NCBI GenBank assembly: GCA_009929845.1
Contig: RZZM01000002.1
Location: forward strand, 1-51,564
Source of the DNA: Spartobacteria bacterium
GTDB taxonomy: Bacteria > Verrucomicrobiota > Kiritimatiellia > RZYC01
Reading direction: 5' to 3'
DNA length: 51,564 nucleotides
Part shown: one piece after another, positions 44,691-51,564 of the stretch
Numbering within the stretch: the first letter of the stretch is position 1
Layout: every line of letters starts with the position of its first letter
Translations under genes and position numbers: made by a program
The notes under the pieces: model-generated
The model's input: the letters and a program-made list of their open reading frames with translations, nothing else
What the model was told of the DNA's origin: nothing
The model's database searches: none

Positions 44691-45545
44691 TTATATCGAA
44701 AACGCTTGCGACAAAGGGGATGCGTTGACGTTTTCGGGGCCACCGGGTGGGGACGTGGCCCTGGCCTTGAACCAGGTATAGAAAAAAGTGCCGTGCGGGC
44801 GACGTCCGGTGGCCTCAAGGTCGCGAATGCCCTGGTTCCATTGCGCATCGTCAATCCATCCGTTTTCGATGGATGCGGGGTGGGCGGTCTGCACCATGGG
44901 GACAATGATCTGGTTGACCATGCCGTCGAGCAGGCCCGCGTGCACCGCGTCGCCATACACATAGCAGGGATGCACAGCATCGACGTTCCACCCGGCCTCC
45001 GCGAGCAGCGGACACAGGCGACGTCCGATCAGCGGGTCGTGCCGCAACTGCTGCTGCGCGCGTATCATGCAGGCCCAGACCTCGCGTGAAGCGGGAGTCT
45101 CCGGGTGCCAGAAGCAGGAACCGTGGTCCCCTTCGATGACCGTAATCGTTCCGCCAGGTTTGGTGACCCGCTTGAGGTTGCGAAGCGCGCCGAGAGGGTC
45201 GTTGAGGTGTTCGAGTACAAAGCAGACAAACACATGGTCAAAGGAATGTTCCGCGAAGGGCAGTGCGCGGATATCGCCCTGCACAAAAGTGACCTGACGC
45301 ATGCGGGCGAGACGCGTCTTGGCCCGTTCGATCGAGGACACCGAAATATCCATGGAGGTAAACCGCGTTTCGGGGCTGCGCCGGAGCAGGATTTCCGTCT
45401 GGGCCCCCACGCCGCAACCGGCTTCGAGGACATGTTCACCCGGACGGTACTGCGTGCCGTCGTGCAGCACCGCGTCCAGGATACAGGACTGTTCAGCGAG
45501 GCGCCGCGCCTCACGCGCTGAATATCCGTGCACATACTCGCTCAT
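44691..45545 (-). CDS. class I SAM-dependent methyltransferase
   Basis: Motif I is VLEAGCGVGAQTE, and FDHVFVCFVLEHL and PGGTITVIE are also present. The ATG at 45545 (MSEYVHGY) is preferred over the upstream TTG. Confidence 0.85.
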   Translation of the reverse strand: MSEYVHGYSAREARRLAEQSCILDAVLHDGTQYRPGEHVLEAGCGVGAQTEILLRRSPETRFTSMDISVSSIERAKTRLARMRQVTFVQGDIRALPFAEHSFDHVFVCFVLEHLNDPLGALRNLKRVTKPGGTITVIEGDHGSCFWHPETPASREVWACMIRAQQQLRHDPLIGRRLCPLLAEAGWNVDAVHPCYVYGDAVHAGLLDGMVNQIIVPMVQTAHPASIENGWIDDAQWNQGIRDLEATGRRPHGTFFYTWFKARATSPPGGPENVNASPLSQAFSI

Positions 45546-45587
45546 AGCGCCATCCAATCCCTTAAGTCTGCATGTTTGAATAGGCCC

Positions 45588-48500
45588 TCACGCATCCCAT
45601 TTCACCATAAAACAATTATAGGCATCCGGTATATCCTCGCTGCACCACCCGCCACTGTAGACCTTGGGGCCGGGTTTACGCGCCTGGAAATCATCCGTAA
45701 AACCAAAATAATCAAGCGGCTCCCCATTGTACCAGTGGATCCCCTCTTCCGTGCTGAGCAATCCCATCCAGAACCAACTTCCATAAGGGAAAAGTTGCTG
45801 AATAAAGGCATCCTCCTCCTGCGAATGTATGGTCAGCAAATGCCCACCCACCTGCTCGCAGAAATCCCGCGCGCCCGTCCATGACAAAAACTTCGGGACA
45901 AACAGGTACTTCTTGCCGTTGAGCGTGGACGCTTGTTTCTTGAGCGCCTTGTGATTGCCCGCGCGAATTGCCAGCAATGTCTCGATATATTTCACCTGTC
46001 GTTCAAACCTGAAATCGCGCGACCAGGCCTGCTGCATCCACTCCAGTTCCTTGCCCGGGAGGGTATCGCTTTCGAAGAAGAATACATCCGGCGGGCGCTG
46101 GATAAAGGCGCCGATGGTCGTGAAGCGGTTGGCGCCGCAGGTCAGGGAGGCCAACGGCATCGACATCAGGGGGTCCAGCGACGAAATCAAATTGTGTTGG
46201 CAACTGAACATGTTCAGCAGCATACCCCGCAACGGCTCCAGGCTGGCGATTTGATTGTCGGAACAAAACAGGGAGGTAAGCTGCATCCCGCGCAGGGGCG
46301 TCAATGCCTCGATACAATTTCCGCCGCAGTGCATCATGTTCAGCGGCATGCCGGACAGGGGCGAGAGGTCCTCAATCCGGTTGCCCCCGCAATACAGCGA
46401 CGTCAGCGGCATCCCTTTGAGCGGACGCAGATCGGATAGATTCGCGCCCCAGCAACTCAGGAACGTCAGCTCCATGCCGGCCAGCGGTTCCAGCCCGTCG
46501 GAAAGCGAAGGATTGCCGCCGCAATTCATCAGCGTCAGGGGCATCCCCGCCACCGGCGCGAGCGATGCGATCCGGCAGCTCTCGCAAAACAACTGGTTCA
46601 GGCGCATACCGGAAAGGGGGTCCAGCGATGTAATGGGATTGCCGCTGCAATTCAGCGCCACGAGCGGCATGCCGCGCAGCGGTTCGAGACTTTTAATCCC
46701 GTTGTTCGAGCAATGCAGCGCGGTGATCGGCATACCTTCGAGCGGACGCAAATCGGCGATTTCATTGTTGGCGATATCGAGGGAGAGGCCCGTATTTTCC
46801 AGTTGCAGATTGACGCGGGCGCCCGGCCACGCCTGTTCGAGGCGGGCCCGCCACAGGGGGAGGTTCTGGCGCAGATTCTCCCTGTGCCAGGCGGCCTCGT
46901 ATCCCAGGCGCGCGCGTTCGCGGCGTTCGGGATCGGGGAACGACACCTCGATCTCCTCAAACAGGCCCATGGCCACGATGTATCGCCCCTTCTGCATCTG
47001 ACGTTCCGCCATTTCGAGGATATCGCATTCCCAGGGCGTGCCCAGACTGTAGATTTTTATCCGGTCGTAATAGGTATCCGCCAGCCATCCGAACACCCCC
47101 ACCGCGGTGCGGTCGGCCCCGCTCAAGGCGTCCGCGTCGACCAGGGAAAAAATCTCTTCGTCGTTCACCTCCATCCGCAACCGGCATCCGACCCGTTCGA
47201 CGACAACATGGTACATCTCGCCACGCTGCAACGGAGAGGCGGACCGGCTCCAGATTTTCTGGTCCCCGCGCATCAGGACATTGAGCGAATTGTCATACCC
47301 GCCATAAATGAAGGCGTACCCGCCCGTCGGCAGCGGACGCCCGCCATCCGGGGGCACCGCGCTGAGAAAACAGCCGATGGTGTTGAGGTAAACGCCCTCC
47401 TGGTGACAGTCGAATTCGATACGCACATCCCCGGCGATATCGGCCTTGAACATGAGCATCTGGGGTTCGCCGCCATACATGTACAGCTCGTTGTCAACCA
47501 GGTTGTACTCGCCGCCGATAATATCCCATCGGCGCAAGGTTTCGGGATTGGAAAAGTCTTCATCGATAATCAACTGCCAGATTTCGCCCTCCTGATAGGC
47601 CTCAACGGCAAGCTGCAGGGTCGGCACCGTCTGGTAGCGGTCTTCTGGGTCTGTCGCCATAGCGATCATCACGATATCCGACAGGGCCGATGGAATGCGC
47701 TCCCCGGGACAATGCACAAACCGCGGCGGGTCATCAGCCTCTTCCCTGAGAGGGGTGTGGTTATAGTCCTGGGGCGGCTTGAAATCACCCTGGATAATCC
47801 GCCGCAGAATGGTGTGGATATCCTTACCCTTAACGGAGGAACACAGGGTCAGGATGCTGTAGAGGATGGCGCCCAGCGAATAGACATCACTCCTGAAATC
47901 CACCGCGTCGGTATCCGCGCGCGCCTGTTCCGGGGCCATGAACCCGGGCGTGCCCATCACGCGCCCGCTCATGGTCTTCAGGGAGGCGCCGACTTTGTCT
48001 TCGCGCAGGGACATGACCTTGGTATCGAGCTGCAGGCACAGTTCGCTTTGCTCCGTGGGGGCCCGCGCCCCCTCCCAGCCCTGCCCCATGACCTTGGCCA
48101 GGCCCCAGTCCATAACGAGCACCTCACCGAAATCACCGATCATGATGTTATCGGGCTTGAGGTCCCGGTGAACCACGTTTTTGGAATGCGCGAAGGCGAC
48201 CGCGTCGCAGGCCTTCTGAAAGATATTCAGCAGACGGCTGAGGGGATACTGTTCGATGATCTCCGGCTTCTGCATCCGCAGCCCCACCAGGATTTCCGTC
48301 AGGGTCATCCCGTTGACCAGTTTCATGGTGTAATAGATATGGTCGGCAGTATCGAGCCCCACCTCGTAGACCGGCACGATATTGGGGTGCTCGAGCTGCG
48401 CGGTGATCTGGGCCTCTTCGATAAACCGGAGCAGGTCTTCCCGCTCACGGGGCTCGAAGCCCGTCAGGACCTTCATGGCCACCGTGCGGCGGCAGTTCAG

Positions 48501-48758
48501 ATCGCGCGCCTGATAGACGATCCCCATGCCGCCTTCGGCGAGGATATCCCCGATCTCATAGCGCTGCCCCCCCTGCACCCGCAGGATATTATGGACGGTG
48601 TCATTGGCGTGCGACTCCAGCTCAATACTCTGCAACCCTTGCTTCGCAAGGTATTCAGTCATGGTTCGAGAGGATTTATCGATGCCTGTTGACGTTGGAT
48701 CATGCAGATCAATGGTTTTACTTTTACGTATCTTGCGCGCACTCACAATGCTTGCCAC
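45588..48758 (-). CDS. multidomain Ser/Thr protein kinase, paralog of 15164-18379 (kinase, ConA-like, TPR-like, LRR, C-type-lectin-like)
   Basis: Kinase motifs are GGMGIVY, VAMKVL, HRDLKPDN (48162-48170 encodes HRD), DWG and GTPGFMAPE. It has the same LRR series (LEPLRGMPLVALNCSGNPITS...) and CTLD tail (ARDFCEQVGGHLLTI...WFWMGL...CFMVKWDA) as kinase 1. The start is either a GTG at 48758, 3 nt after the HEAT gene stop, or the ATG at 48662. Confidence 0.92.
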   Translation of the reverse strand: MASIVSARKIRKSKTIDLHDPTSTGIDKSSRTMTEYLAKQGLQSIELESHANDTVHNILRVQGGQRYEIGDILAEGGMGIVYQARDLNCRRTVAMKVLTGFEPREREDLLRFIEEAQITAQLEHPNIVPVYEVGLDTADHIYYTMKLVNGMTLTEILVGLRMQKPEIIEQYPLSRLLNIFQKACDAVAFAHSKNVVHRDLKPDNIMIGDFGEVLVMDWGLAKVMGQGWEGARAPTEQSELCLQLDTKVMSLREDKVGASLKTMSGRVMGTPGFMAPEQARADTDAVDFRSDVYSLGAILYSILTLCSSVKGKDIHTILRRIIQGDFKPPQDYNHTPLREEADDPPRFVHCPGERIPSALSDIVMIAMATDPEDRYQTVPTLQLAVEAYQEGEIWQLIIDEDFSNPETLRRWDIIGGEYNLVDNELYMYGGEPQMLMFKADIAGDVRIEFDCHQEGVYLNTIGCFLSAVPPDGGRPLPTGGYAFIYGGYDNSLNVLMRGDQKIWSRSASPLQRGEMYHVVVERVGCRLRMEVNDEEIFSLVDADALSGADRTAVGVFGWLADTYYDRIKIYSLGTPWECDILEMAERQMQKGRYIVAMGLFEEIEVSFPDPERRERARLGYEAAWHRENLRQNLPLWRARLEQAWPGARVNLQLENTGLSLDIANNEIADLRPLEGMPITALHCSNNGIKSLEPLRGMPLVALNCSGNPITSLDPLSGMRLNQLFCESCRIASLAPVAGMPLTLMNCGGNPSLSDGLEPLAGMELTFLSCWGANLSDLRPLKGMPLTSLYCGGNRIEDLSPLSGMPLNMMHCGGNCIEALTPLRGMQLTSLFCSDNQIASLEPLRGMLLNMFSCQHNLISSLDPLMSMPLASLTCGANRFTTIGAFIQRPPDVFFFESDTLPGKELEWMQQAWSRDFRFERQVKYIETLLAIRAGNHKALKKQASTLNGKKYLFVPKFLSWTGARDFCEQVGGHLLTIHSQEEDAFIQQLFPYGSWFWMGLLSTEEGIHWYNGEPLDYFGFTDDFQARKPGPKVYSGGWCSEDIPDAYNCFMVKWDA

Positions 48759-48761
48759 CTT

Positions 48762-49775
48762 TTATCCCGCGGGCTGGGTGGACTTATACGCGGCAATAAA
48801 CGCCTCGCTGTTTTTAGCCCACCACTCGCGCCATGCTGTTCGTTCAACAAAGACCTGGCCGGTTATCTTGCGCAACGCCGCCGTAACCAGCCCGGTATCC
48901 ACGTCCTGCATCACCTTTAACAAAGGACTTACCGCCGCCGGATCGCGTATCTGGCCAAGCGCCCAGATCGCGTTCTCCACCACGTATCGATTCTTGTCTT
49001 TCAACGCCTCGATCAGGGGTTCGACTGCTTTTCGTTCCTTCATTACGCCCAGGGATTCAGCTACCTTGACACGTACCAGTAGACTTTCATCTTTCATGGC
49101 GGCCACCAGGGCATCTGCCGAGCGGGGGTCGCCAATTTCACCCAATGCCTCCGCGGATTTGACCCGCACCAGCAAATTGTCATCCAACAAAGAATTCATC
49201 AACGGGACCACGACATCCGGTCCCTGAATCTGCCCCAGGGCCCAGGCGGCGCTTTCGCGCACATCCATTTCGTCGTCATTGAGGGCGCGCACCAGGGCGT
49301 GCGTCGCCCGGCTGTCGCGAATCTCGCCCAGGGCCATGGCGGAGGCGGCGCGCACGCGCTCCTCCTTGTCCCGCATGGACACCAGCAGGGCTTCCATCGC
49401 CACCGGATCGCGCTCGCGACCCAGCGCCTTGGCGGCGGCGGCCCGAACCTCCTTTTCGCCATCCACCAATGCCTTCACCAGTGGCTCCATGTACACTGGA
49501 TAGGCGGGCCCAGCGTCCTCTTCTACAACCGCTTCGACCGCGGCCGCTTCCGTTTCTTCCTTATTGACCGGCAGGGAGTCGATACCCAGTTCACGCAGAA
49601 TGGCGGGGTCCGCCAAGTTGACATCCTCACGTGAAAAATCCATGACTTCGGTCAGGCGCTTGAGATTGGCCGCCAGCAGGGCCCACACCTGCGCAAGCCG
49701 GGCCTTCAAGTCCAGATTCATGGCCACCAGACTTGAAATAATAATGATCAGAAAGACTATAATCACACGAGTCAT
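48762..49775 (-). CDS. HEAT-repeat (PBS-lyase HEAT-like) protein with N-terminal transmembrane helix
   Basis: Repeats of xVRxxAAxALGxIxDPxAVxxLxxxLxD occur about six times. The N-terminal TM helix is MTRVIIVFLIIIISSLVAM. The ATG at 49775 follows a GGTGAG SD. Confidence 0.85.
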   Translation of the reverse strand: MTRVIIVFLIIIISSLVAMNLDLKARLAQVWALLAANLKRLTEVMDFSREDVNLADPAILRELGIDSLPVNKEETEAAAVEAVVEEDAGPAYPVYMEPLVKALVDGEKEVRAAAAKALGRERDPVAMEALLVSMRDKEERVRAASAMALGEIRDSRATHALVRALNDDEMDVRESAAWALGQIQGPDVVVPLMNSLLDDNLLVRVKSAEALGEIGDPRSADALVAAMKDESLLVRVKVAESLGVMKERKAVEPLIEALKDKNRYVVENAIWALGQIRDPAAVSPLLKVMQDVDTGLVTAALRKITGQVFVERTAWREWWAKNSEAFIAAYKSTQPAG

Positions 49776-50151
49776 TGCGTTCTCACCAGTCCATCGCGTC
49801 AACTTTTCTTGCCTTCACACACCTGTTTTCCGATTTCATACTTCCATGTATACCATGAAGCCTCCAGGAGTTTAACAAAAATAATCAACAACCTGCGCGC
49901 GCGGCGGGACCTTTGCTCGCTGCCTGCTTTTGTTAGGCCCTGGCTGTTTTTGCGTTGACGTCTCGGAAATACCGCATGTTTGGCCGCGTGTATCGCGGTG
50001 GATGGTGTGCAGGGCGGATTTGTTATCTTAATCTGCTCATGAATATGGTGCCCACCGCCCGAAAGCTACCGGCGCCACCACCTGTACGGACCGGGCGCTG
50101 GCGCAGGAATTTCCCGTTTCAGTATTCTTTGGAAAAAGAGTCACAAAAAAA

Positions 50152-50228
50152 TTCCAATGGTTGGAAAAAATGGCTAGCATTTTCCCAATCGACGGAAAAT
50201 GCGCTGAAGAAGTTTCCAATGATTGGAA
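50152..50228 (+). promoter_or_regulatory. pair of TTCCAA-N3-TTGGAA palindromes (candidate operator) upstream of the beta-helix gene
   Basis: TTCCAATGGTTGGAA lies at 50152-50166 and TTCCAATGATTGGAA at 50214-50228, so the starts are 62 bp apart. Each is followed by an A-run. A third dyad, TTTTCC-N8-GGAAAA, lies between them at 50180-50199. Confidence 0.4.
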
Positions 50229-50283
50229 AAAGCTGGACAGCTTGTTATTATAACTAAGAACGACAAGAAGGGAAAAGGAAGCG

Positions 50284-51336
50284 ATGAAGCAAAACACAGG
50301 ATGGAAAATGTTGCTCGCGGCACTCTCTTTTCTGACGGCCCAATCTTTATGGGCGCAAGGACCGCTTGAGCCGCCGGACGCGCCGGCGCCGACAATGAAA
50401 TCGCTGAATCAGATTGAGGCTCGAACGCCGATTACCAACCTGCCTTGTGTGATATCGCAGTCCGGGTCGTATTATCTCATCGGCGATTTGGTTTGCTCGG
50501 GGAATAACTACGGGATATTTATTACCAACACGGCAAAGTCTGTCACATTGGACTTGAACGGCTTCACGCTTACCGGTCCGGGCGCCACAGGATTTTCCGC
50601 GATCCACGTCGGACATGGGGATGCCGAGCTCACGCTGCGCAACGGATATATAAGAAACTGGAACGGAAACACGGCCTACGCTGTTTATTCCACGGGCATG
50701 GAAGCGGTGCGCATGGCCGACATCGTGGTGGAGAATTGTGCCAACGGAATCAAAGTCTATAACGGCATGGTCGAAAATTGCAGGGTGTATAACTGCATCA
50801 CCCCCTCCGGTAATTTCTTTGGAATTTCAGGCAGTAGCGTTGTGGTGATCAATTGCGTGATCAGCGATTGCGAGTCGTCCGGCGGCACCGCTTATGGATA
50901 TCAATTAGGCTATGGCTCAATTGCGCGGAACTGCATTGCTCAGAATCTCACAGGAGGAGGCGCAACCAAATCATATGGCTTTCAGGGACAGAAGGGCACC
51001 ATCATCGAGTCATGCGTGGCAAGGAAGTGCTACAGGGGAATTTATACCTACGACCAATCGCTTGTGCGTAACAATCTGTCGGTTGAGAATGAAAGCCACG
51101 GTTTACTGGTCGGGTATGGCGGCTCGCGTGTGGAGGGGAATAATCTGATTAAAAACGGCGGACATGGATTGTATGGATCATACAACAGCAACAACCTGAT
51201 CATAGCCAATTCCGCGTCGCTGAACACCAACGCGAACTATTATATTAACAACGGAAGCTACGGCCCTGTTTCAGGGGCGCCCGCCTCGCCAACCGCCGAG
51301 GTGACCAACCATCCGTGGGCGAATTTTTCCTACTGA
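50284..51336 (+). CDS. secreted right-handed parallel beta-helix repeat protein
   Basis: A GGAAAAGGAAG SD precedes the start and the signal peptide reads MKQNTGWKMLLAALSFLTAQSLWA. Repetitive turns of about 22-25 aa are rich in G/N/C, for example VENCANGIKVYNGMVENCRVYNC and VINCVISDCESSGG. Confidence 0.78.
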   Translation: MKQNTGWKMLLAALSFLTAQSLWAQGPLEPPDAPAPTMKSLNQIEARTPITNLPCVISQSGSYYLIGDLVCSGNNYGIFITNTAKSVTLDLNGFTLTGPGATGFSAIHVGHGDAELTLRNGYIRNWNGNTAYAVYSTGMEAVRMADIVVENCANGIKVYNGMVENCRVYNCITPSGNFFGISGSSVVVINCVISDCESSGGTAYGYQLGYGSIARNCIAQNLTGGGATKSYGFQGQKGTIIESCVARKCYRGIYTYDQSLVRNNLSVENESHGLLVGYGGSRVEGNNLIKNGGHGLYGSYNSNNLIIANSASLNTNANYYINNGSYGPVSGAPASPTAEVTNHPWANFSY

Positions 51337-51375
51337 GTCAAAAACATAGGTCCAGGAGGGCAAGGACGGCCACAT

Positions 51376-51438
51376 ATCTGGAGGGCGGCTACTCCGTAGA
51401 GCCCGATGCACCGCAGACGCCTTGGATGAGATTGGGCA
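51376..51438. repeat. 63-bp perfect direct repeat, copy 1; left end of an approximately 98-bp unit bounded by 10-bp inverted termini
   Basis: The segment is identical to 51497-51559. CTGGAGGGCG at 51379-51388 is the inverted complement of CGCCCTCCAG at 51467-51476. Confidence 0.95.
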
Positions 51439-51496
51439 CATGTACATGCCGGCTCGATGGGAATCTCGCCCTCCAGGGTTACCTGTTGCACGGTAA

Positions 51497-51559
51497 ATCT
51501 GGAGGGCGGCTACTCCGTAGAGCCCGATGCACCGCAGACGCCTTGGATGAGATTGGGCA
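51497..51559. repeat. 63-bp perfect direct repeat, copy 2 (the window ends 5 nt later)
   Basis: The segment is identical to 51376-51438, with starts 121 bp apart. Confidence 0.95.
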
Positions 51560-51564
51560 ACGGG

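Noticed and set aside
46713-48692. 659-aa plus-strand ORF, with similar long ORFs at 17153-18400, 15747-16562, 5988-6623, 32640-33494, 14093-14773, 1931-2962, 3830-4546 and 7930-8814
   Set aside because: All are antisense to genes with clear family signatures (kinases, nadB, acyltransferase, HDOD-GAF, GH57-like, the 7822 gene). They show the Arg/Gly/Val/His/Pro-rich, motif-free composition typical of stop-poor antisense frames in GC-rich DNA.
51376-51559. Possible CRISPR array
   Set aside because: The repeat is 63 bp, far longer than CRISPR repeats. Only two copies are visible, the unit has terminal inverted repeats, and no cas genes are nearby. A MITE/REP-like element is more plausible.

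Overview
This 51.6-kb window is chromosomal DNA from a fairly GC-rich bacterium. The 16S fragment (GGCTGCAG variant of the 341F site) and the protein repertoire suggest the PVC superphylum (Kiritimatiellota/Lentisphaerota/Verrucomicrobiota-like); this is inference only. The repertoire includes giant LamG/PKD/discoidin surface proteins, thrombospondin-type-3 motifs and multidomain Hanks kinases.

The window opens inside the 5' end of a 16S rRNA gene on the minus strand, followed by about 1 kb of AT-rich leader/promoter DNA.

Main content:
- A secreted GH57/GH119-like amylase-type enzyme with two CBM25-like modules.
- Housekeeping genes: nadB, pcm, lipA, thrC, tRNA-Thr(UGU), and a 56-aa 2x[4Fe-4S] ferredoxin that falls below the ORF-track cutoff.
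- Envelope genes: a GT-C/ArnT-like transferase, DUF368, GT2, an LpxL-family acyltransferase and a GT4.
- Several secreted LamG / beta-helix proteins.
- A 6TM Kv-type K+ channel and a pentapeptide-repeat protein.

Most notable observations:
1. Two paralogous soluble Ser/Thr kinases of about 1060 aa. Their domain order is kinase, ConA-like sandwich, about 10 Cys-containing 22-23-aa LRRs, then a C-terminal C-type-lectin-like domain. One has a non-RD (HCD) catalytic loop. The other sits in a HEAT-repeat / kinase / methyltransferase operon.
2. A self-contained cheR-cheD-HDOD-cheY-cheX-cheB-HDOD operon with no cheA, cheW or MCP. A third, HD-less HDOD-GAF gene lies directly downstream of kinase 1.
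3. A conserved element of about 58 bp with promoter/operator character, shared by the HDOD-GAF and Kv channel genes. TATACT(GTACC)-type -10 boxes recur in the window, two of them placed for leaderless transcripts.
4. A recurring beta-rich module of about 70 aa ending in aromatic-aromatic-R/K-hydrophobic, present in four secreted proteins.
5. An 89-bp perfect intragenic repeat inside the 1968-aa LamG protein.
6. Small relics: a truncated PIN gene, a frameshifted antitoxin, and a fragment of the 5' end of a GT-C gene.
7. A 63-bp direct repeat with 10-bp inverted termini running off the right edge of the window.

No transposase, integrase, CRISPR array or reverse transcriptase was recognised. Many long ORFs in the track are antisense artefacts of GC-rich coding DNA.
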